In this document: piece after piece, positions 11,315 to 24,626 of the stretch
Layout of the letters: each line of letters begins with the position of its first letter
Numbering within the stretch: position 1 is the stretch's first letter
DNA from: Paraphysomonas bandaiensis
Taxonomy: Eukaryota; Protista; Chrysophyceae
Assembly (NCBI GenBank): GCA_965644295.1
Contig: CBFFRP010000532.1
Coordinates: forward strand, 1 to 64,000
DNA length: 64,000 bases
Direction: 5' to 3'
The notes under the pieces: generated by a model
The model's input: only the letters and a program-made list of their open reading frames with translations
Told to the model about the DNA's origin: nothing
Database searches by the model: none
Translations under genes and position numbers: made by a program

Positions 11315-13277
11315 ATGTCCGAGACAGAGCCCGATAAGGATTCTCTTCTTGAGGCTGTGGAGGCACAGCTCGAGTGTCAGATATGTTTGTCCTTGATATG
11401 TGAGCCTGTAAGCCCACTACATATATGCGGTATACGTCTCATAATGCGGGTTTATTAAGATAACTATACAGTGTGGACACAGCTTCTGTCGCACATGTCT
11501 GGTGAACACTCTCAGACGATCCAAGAAGCAGTGCGTAACATGCAGATCTCCCTGTCATATTAGTCCGGAAATATGCAGTGAGGTGAATTGTGTACATCAT
11601 CACACGATTCGTCTCTCTGAATGATACGTAGAATATAATGCTTAAGAGTGCGGCGCAGCTCCTTAATCCCACCCTCTACGCATCTAGGCTGCAAGAAGTA
11701 GCTCAGGAGAAAGCATTGTGGGAAACTGTGTTGCCTGTGTTTTTTTATATTTCAGTTATGTTTCCTGGTGAATTATTGCATCTTCATTTATTTGAGCCGC
11801 GGTACAAGGTGATAACAAATTCTTGCGTTTCGTTGAATTTCATGGTACATTATATTACCTCTCTTATGTGTGCTGTGCGATTTCAGATCATGATGCAGCG
11901 TGTCATGGCAACGACAAGAAGGTTTGCCTACCTTTATGTCTCTCCTCATATGCCTGTTGAGCGAAGTATAGCCCTCATTGCAACTGTGCGTCACGCTGAT
12001 TTTTCTCCAGGTATATAGTTAGCCGAAATTTTGGATTCAGAGTAATGTTGGTAACATGTGCAGATGGTCGTTGTAACCTAGAGGCTGTGTTGGAGTTTCC
12101 TAGAAATAAAGTGACAGAGCTTTTCGGTTGGTGCTATCGGATATGTAAATGCGTATTGATCATAAACACATTGTAGAGGAGCCTGGCACGAACGGCTTAC
12201 ACTATGCAAGGCTGGAAACCTACGTGGACGATCCTATCACAAGTAGCAGCTTTAGTTCCACAGGACCTGAGCAGCCCACATATCATTCTCAACAGGCAAC
12301 ATCTAGATGTCCTCATTCCCCTACTTCCCAACTCGAACAGTCTACTATGTATGGGGATGGTATATCTAGGGGTGAAGGCCAAGTTGCTAATGGTCTACGT
12401 ATGGCAATGTTGCTGGCAAATGAAGCCATGAGTATTTTGCGGTAAGTGAAAGTCCTTTAAGGGTGTGGGCATATAATTTATCGAACGGGGTTAGCCTATC
12501 TTTTCCAAAAATTCATAATTCTTTTCAACAGGAGGTTGGACATGTCTTCTGCGTCTCGATCTTTCCTACCATTGCCACTTCTTCCTGAAGAGGTTAACGA
12601 TTCATCCCATCAATCAAGGGAAGCGATATTAGAACATCTCTCGTTGGCTATCGCAGGACGATGCCCGGTATCCAGTGGTGGGGAGAAAGCTTCTTATTTA
12701 CGCTCCAAGGTAGCACTTTATATTTCGGAAACTGATTTGGTGACATGCATGTAGAACACCGTGGAAAGACTTAGGTTCTGTATCCATCTTCTCACAAGGT
12801 AAGAGGGTGTGCTGTTTGCGTTCTAGATAGACATATTTTAGAGCACATTGTAGTGCATTATTTGTCTTATACTATGCATTGTTATGGTGTTATTCGTACA
12901 GATTAGAGGATCAGAGGACGAGTGGTATTGGAAGCATGTTGGGTCAGTCCGTGGGAAGTATCATAAGCTGGATATCAGGCCATACCCAACGTCATGGTGA
13001 TTATGAGGATGGTTCAAGTGATGACGAGAACGAGGAAAGGCATAACGAGTCTGCAGTACAAGATAGTACAGGCATTCAACACGACACAGAAGTAAGTTCA
13101 TCTACGAATGTTCCATACCTAGGAGAAATGAGGCATTCTACCAATGAATCTCCGGAACATACTCTGAATGCGTCGCAGAGTGATCAAGGAGATGCTATGA
13201 ACTGTGAATTATGGGATGACGATAGTGGACATGAGGGTAATGACGGCGATGAAGCTGTGATACCTGGAAATAACTGA
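11315..13277 (+). CDS. RING finger + LON peptidase N-terminal domain protein (LONRF-like E3 ligase)
   Basis: C3HC4 RING split over exons (CQICLSLICEP|..CGHSFCRTC..CVTCR). LON-N motifs MFPGELLHLHLFEPRYK|IMMQRV and DGRCNL. Possible upstream ATG exon at 11219. Confidence 0.88.
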
Positions 13278-13552
13278 GAACAGTGTCTTCATGTGTTTAT
13301 ATGAAACTTGAAATATTCAGGGTGGTCATAGTAGCAGAGAGGCTCACCCTACATTACTTATCTGGCTTTTATGCGAGGAATACTTTTGGGGATAGAATGA
13401 GTACCTGGCTGTTATCAGGACTTTGTTAATGATGATATTTGCTTTCTATCAAACTTTAAAGAAATCGTAGTTTACTTTTCTCTCACATTGAACCAAGAAA
13501 TAATGATGCAATAAATTATTCACTATGCAGAATAATGTAAAATGCTTGTCAA

Positions 13553-14830
13553 TTTAGTTAGCTACGTGGGCACACACTTTTACCCAATGTAGCTGTCCTA
13601 GCAAAAAGAACAATTTGCAGTCTATTTCTTCTCCCCAATTAAAAACCCTTCAAGGTAGTGTTCACAGCAGCAAGTAGTCTTTAGGAGAGAGTAGCTAAAG
13701 CACCGGATCCCCAGACGGTCATGAATCGCTCTCATAGATGCAATCAGGGATTGGGGACAATATATTGTATTGCAATACATTGTACAATATATTGAAATAT
13801 ATTGCAAAATATATTGATTGGTGGACTGATCAAATATTCCATCAATAGTGTTTATGTTAAAAGAGCTCACAATACTATTGCAATATATTGCAATCAATAT
13901 TATGATAGTCATATAAGAGAAGATTCTCAACTGTAGGGTGCAAAATGGATATAAATAACCGAGAAATTGATTACAACATTACAAAGGATAATGAAGCTGA
14001 TGTTGACTTTGCAACTAAAAATCTTCAGTCAGCTCAAAAAATTAAGAAACGTACAGTCATTAACGGTTGTCTGGCTCTGGTATGTACTTCCAATACATGG
14101 GAACGTCTGTTCAGCACAGCTAAACATATTATATCAGTGTTGCGCAAAAGTATCCATCCTACTTAATATGCTGTTGTTTCTGGAAGCTATTCGACAGTTA
14201 TGGCCGGATACTAGCATATTTCAATTAATTCTGTGGATGAATATGGTGATGATGATGGCTCAGAGGATGAGTAGCTCTAAGCAGTAGTTGGTTTGGTTGT
14301 CATGTGATCTTAATGACTAATACTAAAAATGAAATCTACGGATGTGCTTACCTACTGATTAGTCATACTAATATATTGCAATACATTGACAATATATTGC
14401 AATATATTGTAATTGTATTGTAGGACCGGTTAAAAAAAATTATCAATACTATTGATGGAACGCTATCTAACAATAGTATTGCAATATATTGTTCCCTATC
14501 CCTGGATGCAATTATGCACACAATCAATGTCCCGAGCCAAGATAAAAAATGCAGTTTACGTGTGGCCAGACATAGATGGACTAACCATTATATTTCCAGT
14601 GTCTTGTTTCCATCAAAACAATTTCTCACGTTGTGTCGGTCATTGGCCACACAAGTACTGAATTATGTAAGCATCGATTACTCAAAGCAGACGCAGTGAG
14701 CAAGCATAATGTTGATATACCTGACATCTGTTGACTTATGATATTTGATCCGGTAAAAAAGTGAACATCTCCCGATGCTTAACTTCAACACGACTCAACC
14801 CCCCCAGGTGCCCAGGGCTGTCAAGGGCAA
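13553..14830 (-). mobile_element. Degenerate long-form copy of the ribozyme-headed retroelement, interrupted by a hAT element
   Basis: 13553-13744 matches 37637-37885 (TTAGTTAGCTAC; TTCAAGGT.GTGTTCACAGCAGCA). 14636-14790 matches 38262-38425 (CGGTCATTGGCCACACA...GTTGATATACCTGACATCTG...GATGCTTAACTTCA). Confidence 0.72.
13745..14504. mobile_element. Non-autonomous hAT element (second family), 760 bp
   Basis: TIRs CAGGGATTGGGGACAATATATTG / revcomp CAGGGATAGGGAACAATATATTG. Perfect 8-bp TSD GATGCAAT (13737-13744 / 14505-14512). Subterminal CAATATATTG palindromes. Internal TSNTWERLFSTAKHIISVLRKSIHP/LLFLEAIRQLW hAT C-terminal remnant. Confidence 0.92.
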
Positions 14831-15445
14831 AAACATTATCTGCTTTCCACAAAACGCGTTTCATATATAGTCGAATCTATACACCCGCTAAAGGGTGCAG
14901 ATGCCAGTAATTGTGAGTCATTAATACCTAGAAGTCGCCCAGCACAGACCAGTGTAACTATAGGAAACTTGGGTCACGTGTGTCACGAACTTCTCTGGGA
15001 GGGACAACCTCTCGATATCTTTGTCCTCTCTGCAGAATGTCCTTAAAAAGGGGAATTTTCCGAATTTTTGTGTGTTTATGTTTTTTTGTGTAAAATACTC
15101 CACTGTCTTTCGGTTACATTGCTAAAACACAAAAATAAAACTGATGCTCTGTATTTGATGATGCATATGGTGTACTTCTGTTGTGTAGATATCTGTATAT
15201 GTAGTATACAGCACCAGCTTGTGGAGAGTGTTTCAGTGAGTGGCAGCAGCATATTGGAGTAGAGTGTTATGATACATAGCCCACCGACATCCAATCTTAT
15301 CATTTTCTTTCCATCACAGCTACACTCTGCTTCTATATTGTTTATCTAGAAGTCGGAGTGGTTGATTTCTTAGTCCATAGGATAATATTAAACATATATT
15401 ATATCGAAAGATCTCCCATCGTGCCGGTATCTATTTAGTGCAGAA

Positions 15446-16903
15446 ATGGGGGCTGGGAATAGTAATTTGACGTCACTTCAAGGAAGTGAGCTGGCGAGAG
15501 TTATGAAAGAAGAATACAACAAGTGTATTGCGGCTGGAATGAGCGAGGAGCAGCAACAGGCGGTGTTGGTGAAGAAGTATGAAGAAGCTTTGAAGGATGT
15601 AACCTACAAGCCCTTGAAAATTGTAACGGCAAATTCAAGGCGGCTAAATCGAGGTGTTTCTAAAGATGAGCATGGAATAACAAAACACACGAAAGGCCGG
15701 AGGCGATCGTTTGAAAAACCTAGAGCTCCTTCGAGCTCGACGCCCACGAAGAGGAAGAGTTTTGATAAAACAGACAAGAAAGAATCTAAAGAGATGGTTG
15801 AATCGCAATCTTTACCGACTTTAGAGGCCACGACAGTGATAGAAGAACCCCCACCTAATGGTAAGGAATTGTAGTCTCTGACAGTTGAGCTAACACACCA
15901 CGTAGTTGATACTTGGGACTCGGTGAATGGACAACCCTCGTGCTTGATATGTGGAATGGTTTTTGCTACTCCACAGAAACTCACAACACATACAAAGTTT
16001 TCGGTATAATGTGCTATTCGTTAATGATTTTCTCTCACACTTCCTCTCTGCCAGTCTTTACATGCGTCGAACCTAAAGAAATTGGAGAAGGCTAATACCG
16101 AAGAAGAAGAAGAAAAGACTGTCCCTGTTACGCCAACATCACAGGAACCTACGTCAAGGTGTAAAGTGATGTATACGGGGACGAAATTTTTTTGGAAGAC
16201 ACAGGACAATTTCGATATTCACATATATCTGCACAAAGATGCGAAGTGTATCGAGGTGATTGCTTATGAAGGTAAAGCAAACACGGAGCTTCCTAGAATA
16301 TACCTCAACGAAGAGCTTGTCGTATCTCTAGTTGGAACCGAAGCTATCATGGAACGGGTGAAAGAACTTCAGAAAGACGCATCAAGTAAGCGGTTCAAAG
16401 AGGCACTGCCGCCTGAGCACATATTATTCGAGGAGGAGAAACGTATCGCTGTGTCATCTCATATTGTCTCTCATCTGCAAGCTGGACCTGAAAACTCCAG
16501 GAAGTCGATCTACAATAAGAGTCTTCGCTATGTTCCTAAGTCAGAGGTTGTAGATGGAGAGGGAGGGAATTCTCCAGTGTATGAAACTAAGCCAGAGAGC
16601 GTGATTCCTGTCTTTATTAAACGCCGCCGTCATTCTAGTGAGGAGGAGATCAAGGAAACTCTAGATGACTTAAGCTCAATGCAGAGTGACATCCGGCAGA
16701 TGACACAAAAGGCTGAGCGTTTAGCTAACCTTGTGTCAAGTGGCGCGAAGACATTCAGTAGTTTGGGCACCAAGCGCAAGGAAAGACTGGAGAAATATTC
16801 AGCCGCGAAAAGGCGATGGCTGTGGGCTATTGATCTGGTGCTTTTGCAGAACAGAGTGGCGGTGACAAAGAGAGTGCTGGACTCATATGGGGGGAAGTAT
16901 TAA
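15446..16903 (+). CDS. Hypothetical protein with N-myristoylation-type start and a single C2H2 zinc finger (3 exons)
   Basis: MGAGNS N-terminus. Spliced CLICGMVFATPQKLTTHTKFS|SLHASNL finger. Long final exon to 16903. Confidence 0.75.
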
Positions 16904-18260
16904 TTCTTTGGGTCTTGACAGCGGCGAATGGGAGTAATCTTTGTTGGTTTTAATATGTACTTTTGACATGAATAATTCTAGAGATGCTGACCGCGTGTCG
17001 TATTACTTCTGCAGGAATATCCGGATTTGTATTTAGGATGTGTCTGCTATATACAGTCGGTTTTTATTTCCATGTGTACTTTTTAATGAGTTATGCACGA
17101 TTGCAATGTTGTCAAATTGTTTTGCTAGTTATGTTGCTGTATAGTAGACAGGGTGTGTTTAATCATTGGAGTTCTTAATTTAGTACGTTGACCCCAGGTA
17201 GCATGATAAGTACAACAACGCGATAACTAATAATGGTATAATAGACGAAATGTGGCGATTGTTGTGAATTTTTCATCCAGCGACGTATATTGAATTCATG
17301 TAAGTTACCAATTGAAACCAAATCGTTGTGCTATCTATATGCCAAGTTATAAAGTAAGCTTTCACCTGCTAAGTTCATAGTGCGTGCATTGATCAAGATC
17401 ACATTATCCTACACGAAATAGTAATTTTGATGTGGCAGCAAACTCCATCTCTTTAATCGTGCTTTTTCATGATAGTTTTGACGAAGTAGGTATATTGCTT
17501 GCAAGTTTATAATGGTGTAAGGAGTAGTGTTGCCCTTCGTATTAATAGCTACTAAAATATTTCTGCTTTCTCTTACTAAATTTCTCATTATTAGTGATTT
17601 AGTACATGCACAGTTGTAGTAAGCATCCAGTGGCAATCCGTCACGCAACTAAAAAGAATACTATTGTATATTATAAAAGAATCGAAATCCGTATAGCGGA
17701 CGCCCTATCCTTGAAGTATCGCTAAACGGCGGCAGTATGATACGGCAAGACACTGACTTACTATGTGGTGTATTTACCAGATATAAGTGTACTTCTGCAC
17801 GTGGGGTTGATATCAGATATGACCGCAGGCGGCGTATTACATACACACATCAAAGGTCTCTTCGAGCTCATATCCGAACTCTACTCACATATCCTGCAGA
17901 GAATAAATATCACGTGGATAGCATTCCACAACAACTCCCATATCTGCCCTGTGTGGTGTACGTATACCGTATATGGTTGCTACAGCACTACGATCTCTAG
18001 ATCTTCTTGAAGATTGAACAACGGAATATTCTTACGACCAAAACATAAACTTCACTTCACTTCACAACGAAACGCATGACTAAAAAAAGATATTTTTTTG
18101 AGCTGTTGCACATACTCCCACACAGCCAGAACAGCGCTCTTTCATATACGTCAGTGTGGACATTGTGAACATGAAATCATATGAAGATATACTTAACTTT
18201 GTCCTGTTAATACTGGAGGAGATATATCTGGTTTCAGTGGCCTGTCTGTCTATTATCGTG

Positions 18261-19924
18261 ATGTATGGTCATCAGGGCGTAGGAATGGTATTTTAGAACA
18301 AGAAGCTAAAGTTCTTTGAATTCGATTACTTGACGAAGTGTTCTGAAGTGAAGTGAAGTGAAGTGTACCGTATCGGTCTCATGGTTCTGTGTTCGTTCAT
18401 ACATAACGTATACCGTCAAAGACCCGAACTATTAAAGTATAAGGCTGAATTTGAGTCTCTCGGATTAAAAGAATATGACATCGCCGTGCTGCATAATGTA
18501 TTCGTACATATGCTCACCGACAGTCCCGAACACCTACAGATACCCATTATGCTATCTCGTATGAACATCGAACCCTCACCTGTGTCATTTCGGGTGTTTA
18601 CTGCGTGGAAAAACTTAACGAATCAAGTGGATTTCAGAGAGTTTGTTTTGGGTGTGTGGAACATATGCACGCTCAGTCCTCACGCGCTGGGTATGTCCAC
18701 TCTCATTGACGTGTCCTGTAGTGGTTATTTAACGTGTATTAATGCAGTGTATTTTTCCTTTGATTTGCTGACACGTTATCGTGATGAAATACGAAGAAAC
18801 GACGTGAACTCCTTTATATATGAGCTCTACGGCAATCAACTGCAAGATAAGCAAACATTTGAAAGGTACGTGAACTGAAAGCTAAGATGTGGCAAGTGTC
18901 GTGGGTTCACCTCTTGATAAGTCACCAATGTACATGTACAACTTTTATTCAGCTATGTTGTTGTATTGACAGGGTATATAAAATGGTTGGCTTATGCCCT
19001 CTGCATGAGATGTTACCAGACGAATTTTATCAATTCTGCATCCGACATAAGACATTTATTAGTCCAGTGATTATTATTCAACAGAAGATGCGCAAACAAT
19101 GTGGTGGAAATATGCGATGGCAGCGATTAAGTAAATTCCGTATGTCTCGTGAAGGTGGCCGTAGAGTAGCCACAGTAAATGAGATTTTTTCGTGCCATAT
19201 ATCGATGGAGCAAGATGCTTTTAGTGAAGCACACATGGACAAAACCTCTCACGGTGTTTTAAATTATTCCCCTCAGCTAACACGGAAATTTCAACCACCT
19301 CGTTCATGTGGTATAGCCATTAGCTGTCATTCTCCAGTGATCACGATATCCAAGGCTCCTGCAGTAACTTCTGACATGCTGCACTTGGCTGTTCGCGCCG
19401 CTGCCAATTCTCGCTTGGATTCGACGCATTGCAAGCCTTATCCTCTCGAAAAAAGCCTTGAGAGCAACTCTAGCAGCCCATGTTTTCGTCTTCCTCCTTT
19501 GCCAAACACAGCATCAAAGTCGTCGATATCGCGCGAAACTCTGAGTTCTCGAGAATCCCGTGTCGTTCATCTGTCCTCCAAAGAGCCCCATCAGTCTGAA
19601 GTGTGTCTTACAATTCTAAATATGAAACAGAACATTGCTTTCGACAGAAATAATAGGGAAAATACTCTCTCTGACCAGTATTTATATGCTGCGTCCAATG
19701 TGTCCAGTTTAACGGACTTTTCTTTTAACGGGTCCCACAACGAGTCATTTCAAGGGTCTGTTCCTTCTTCTTCGCCGTCCCGATCGATTATACAAATATC
19801 TAAGTTACCTAGAATGAAATCTATTCCAATGGATCCAGGATATGCAAGTAATTCACCGGGAAGTATTCTGAGGTTGAGACGCATCAAAATCGCGCCCTTG
19901 CGCAATGATGACTGTGGTGTTTAG
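18261..19924 (+). CDS. Calcineurin-B/EF-hand-like protein with degenerate EF hands and Ser-rich tail (start uncertain)
   Basis: RVF...VDFREFVLGVWNICTL, YFSFDL..., FIYELYG. Exons joined by GT-AG introns; long terminal ORF. Confidence 0.6.
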
Positions 19925-20419
19925 AGTATGAAACATTACTCTTCGATTATTATCTGATTATTACCCTAGAGGTATACATAGGGTCACTATGTAGAATTGT
20001 ATGCGCTGGGATATTTCTGGGATATAGCGCTCTACTGTATCATATTCTTGCTTACATATTGATGATGTAATTCGTATTATTATATTTAATGCACTATATA
20101 TATTGGTATGTTTCTCCTGACAAGAGTTTTTCTGATAAGATACTCAGTTAGTTGAGTTTTACTAATTACTGATGAGTTTTATTGCGATAAGTATTGGTTA
20201 ACGCTGTCATATGTTAACCTTCAGGTTTTTATAATTATCATATTTTCAGAACTTGTAGATATTGATAATATTAAAAGTTGATAATATCACAGAAATGTTG
20301 ACCCACAGGCTTTTATTACTATTCATTATTACTTAGCAGACATTATATGCGGCGCACTCTTTGTACTATATACACTGCCTCATTCACATGAAGTACTAAT
20401 AGGAACAGAGCATGATTGC

Positions 20420-20665
20420 GGAGTGTCATTATTCGTTATTAAACCTACTAAATATTCCATTTATTCCTCCTACTAAGCTAAAAGTAGTAGTTGAACCTAC
20501 TAAATATTTCAGATATTCCTAAGTTAAGAATTTTATTCGATCCTACTAAATTTTAAATTTAAATACGACTCAACGGACTGCCCTTTTAAGTTTGTAGGAG
20601 AAGCTGAAAAATTTAGTGGGTAAGAATGGCACTCTTTAGTTTAGTAGAAACAAATAGAAAATGGA
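20420..20665. repeat. Degenerate fold-back/MITE-like element
   Basis: CCTACTAAA repeats on the left arm with inverted TTTAGT(A/G)G on the right. GAGTGTCATT (20421) pairs with AATGGCACTC (~20625). Confidence 0.4.
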
Positions 20666-20864
20666 GTTATCTACGGACACAATCAATATGTCGAAAAAGA
20701 GGCTGGGATATAGTAAATTTAAATTAAATGGAATCCATTTAATATGGAAAAATCGTAGCGATGTATACCCGCCGCCAAGTTTTTGACATGTTAGACGGTC
20801 AAAGCAGAGTGACAACTCTGAAAAATATTTATTTATTATATCAATGACACAACTGGAAAATATA

Positions 20865-22114
20865 CTATGGTAGGGCGTAAATTTCGTGAATGGTATTGTT
20901 GAAAGGTGGGGTCTTCATCGCGGACATAATCTTATAGTCCGCTCTATACACTCTACTTTTTCTTATATACCTCCATACGTTAAACTCTAAATACTTCGCC
21001 ACAGGATTAGTATTGTAATCATTCTATAAATATTGTACTCAAACAACGTCAACAAGATACAGATATGTCTTATACCTTATGCACGGCATGATTCTTACAC
21101 CACATACAGTCTCCCTTATTGTAGTCATCAGGAATTCTCGCGTTTCTGACACGTCGAAGTTTTTCTTCCTTAGATAAGCGCCATGACAGCGGGTGTTGTA
21201 TCATACGTGTTAACGCCCAACTACTATTAGCTAGTCCATACATATTACATACACCATCTCAAAAGTTCAGCGTACGTACTGTATTTATCGATTCCTAATC
21301 GACGACTAAGTAGAGCGGAGTGCGATGATAATTTTTCGAAATTGCCAACAAAATTAAAAAGTGGCCAAAATTTATTCAGACCTACGAGGTGATAAATATG
21401 ACGCATGAGCATAGTATAGGTCAGCGTACCACAGAATGATATCTGGGGATCCCAGTGAATGTTTCGTATTCCTCTGGGTGCTAGCGCACTGCGCCAAAAA
21501 TCGGTCCATGTTGAATTGAGGTGCCTCTTGGCTAACAGTATTTTATAAAACTTCTTGGAATCTCTGGAGGCAACTAAGTGTAAGTATGCAGAGAGCAACC
21601 TATATATATGAAGCATTACAATTGAACTTTTACTGCTACGATGAGCACAGAAAACCGTTTAGCAGGGTCGCGGAAGAACACAGCTTTCGTCCACGAGTCA
21701 TCATGTAATATTTCTTCTACGGTTTTCATATCCATATCTATTAACCGGGTGCGATTGGGAACATGATAAGGTGGCAAAAACCAAAGTTCATCTCCAGCCA
21801 TTCGTTGAAACAACTACATCAAACTTACTGACATAACTTCTAAAAAGTAACAGTTTCCACCTGCCGATACTGAGTGGAGGCTACTTTCTCAATCGGACAA
21901 AAGATAAACTTGTGTTCGACATTTACTAACAAGTGTCCCAGGTGTCTGGGAACCATATCATGTGGCTTGACAGGGATACGTATCTACAGTATATATGAAT
22001 ACTATGTTAGCTAAACTTCATATCCACCTTCCCGTTTGTTACAGGCGACACTGTGAGCTCACAGCAGCACACAGAGAGGTGTAGCAACAGTAGAAGCCAC
22101 ACCTCCCGCCTCAT
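20865..22114 (-). CDS. Carbohydrate sulfotransferase (Sulfotransfer_2 type), multi-exon
   Basis: Signal/anchor MRREVWLLLLLHLSVCC. 5'-PSB HKFIFCPIEKVASTQ, 3'-PB KAVFFRDPAKR|LLSAY, HWDPQISFC, NFVGNFEKL, terminal VYRADYK. Confidence 0.82.
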
Positions 22115-22481
22115 ATGCACTATCCGACCTTACGGGTTACAAGATGCACAACTCGATATCATACGGCATCAAACTGTTGTGATAGTAAAGTGAACTGATC
22201 ACACTGTCAGTGTGGTCTAGAGCCTCAACAGCATAGATATGTACTCTGTATATGTGTCATGTTGTACACCGTAGTGACTGTTAGGGTACACCGTAGAGCA
22301 GTACAGCCTCGCATTGCAGATCTCATACGCCAGAAGCGTATTCTTAGTGCTGTATTCTGCTGTATCAGATTGGGTTCATTGTACGTCGTAGTTGTGTATG
22401 TTATTGACAGCAGGGTTCATGGAGATGCAGCAGTGCTGTGGATACTGCTGACTGTTATTGCATCTGTAGATCATTCTTAGC

Positions 22482-24626
22482 ATGGCCATACTGTTGATAC
22501 CGCTGTTTGCTCTGTGTACCTGTGTATCATTGATTGCAGCGGTCTCTACGATTCACTTTCCTTTCACTGTAATCACCAGTGAAACCACTGTGCTTTCGTT
22601 CAATTGGACTGTTCCAGATATCAACACATCCAGTGCAGATACAGACACTGTTCACAGTAATCTCATATTTGAATCTTTTACAAACTACTGTGACGATTTG
22701 TGTGCTAAAGAGGACATTGAATATGAGCAGTGTATGGAGTTGCGGGAACATGCACGTAGTATTGCAGCATCCAATGACATAGATGTCGACCCTGTCCTTC
22801 AGTTTAATGTTGGTGCATATAGAGATGCATTTGATGTTTCTGGGTTCGGTATTGGCTTAGCACTACCTCAAAGCCTTAGGAGCAGACTAATGTTTACTAT
22901 CCGACCATCCAAGCGACATTCATGGGCACGCCAGCAGAATGTATATTATGTATCAATAGCCCATGAAATATGCCGTTCGTTGCGCTGCTCACATCGCTTT
23001 CGAAATATGCTTGTTTCCGAAATGATTAGGCTAACGTCTAAATCTGTTGTTAAATTTGATGTTGTGTATGAAGACTCTGTAGAGGTGTCGATGCATGACA
23101 TTTTAGACACATATCTTGAATATGACGTGGATCGAATTGATTTTCAAACTCTAGTTCAAATTAACATTGATCGTGTAATTGATTTTTATAATACGGAGCA
23201 AGGTTCTCATTACTTTAGATGGACGTACGGTGAATCTGCTGTATCGTTGATGGAGTCTTTGATGGCTTACTGCTACGATCACCATTTAAGTAAACATCAA
23301 TGTAATTTACTCAATCGTCGAGTAGTCGAAGGATGCAAACATAAGGGTATTAACTATAAAACCCATCAAGAGGATCCGTCATCTCTATATTATCAGCTTA
23401 CGAAAGGTACCGCACAGCTCTCGGCTTCAGTAGGCAACGAATATTGCAGCAGTTCACCTGTCGATACAAGTCATCAGCAGAAGCCCTTATGCCGAGCTGA
23501 TAACATATTTTCTGGTAGATGGGACTTTTATTCTTTTAACACGGCTATCAATCCATCCGGGGTATCGAGGACGCGATGCGGAAATGGCACTGTGCTTGAC
23601 TTTCCAGTGATCCCACCAAATCGCCGTGCGCCGCCTACGGATGCTCATAAGTCTTTCACCAAATGGTGCCCACGACACGAGGAGCTCTTGAATGCAATGC
23701 ATCCCGGCATTTCACAAAATGCATCGCTTTTTATGAAAGAACTTCACTATATATTCACGTTTGCATGTGCTAAGCAGTTGATAGCAACCTATATTCCACC
23801 GGCGGAGTGTACTTTTTTGCCCTTCTCGGATACCTTGCCTATTTTAGTCAACCAATTGATGTCGACACAGAAAAAAATCGTGTTTGTAGGAGACTCTGTG
23901 ATGGTTCAACACTACTTTCAGTTTGTTTGTGCTGCTGATGAAATTCTACAGCCGATAAGGGATGTCTCCGTTTACTCGTCGGAAACAGATGTCGTTGTAA
24001 CACCCAGTGAGTTTAGTGCAGTCGTGTCTGAAGTTAGTTTTTTGCCTGACTTTCCTTGTCATGTGGCCTGCAATCTGTCGCATATAAGTGAGTTAGTGTC
24101 TCCTCTGATGTGCAAGAAATGTGACCCCAGTAAAAGTCCCTACTGGATTGATAGGGTATGTATATCTCTGATATGTATATAAACAGACTTAGTGATTACT
24201 GCATAGGTCCCGGATGATGTGGGTGTTTTAGTACTAGGATCGGGAATATGGTTTGCAATGAAGTATGGTAATACAGAAAGCACATACGGTCGTATGCTTG
24301 ATTATATTTCACCCTACATCGAGGCATACATTGAATCCGGCGTTAAAGTTGTATGGATGAATTTGCCTCCTCTTGGCACTGCTTATGCAAGTCACGCCAT
24401 TCCGAATCATGACGAACATCTATTTCGGAAGATGAATGCTTGCGCCAGTGAAAAGCTATCTACTCTTGGTGTTGTGGTTTTGGACTACTACGATATTCTT
24501 TTTTCTCGATTGAAGCTGGATGCTACCCTATTCGGTCACGATGGAGGTCATTACTGTGCATCAAACGCATATTCTGTTCCATACTTAATAAATTCTGCTC
24601 TGACTCACGTAGTTGTTTCCATGTAA
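22482..24626 (+). CDS. SGNH/PC-esterase (TBL/Cas1p-like) polysaccharide acyl-esterase or O-acetyltransferase
   Basis: Signal peptide; FSGRW; KKIVFVGDSVMVQHYFQFVC (GDS motif); VLVLGSGIWF; DGGHYC (DxxH). Intron 24156-24206. Confidence 0.8.
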
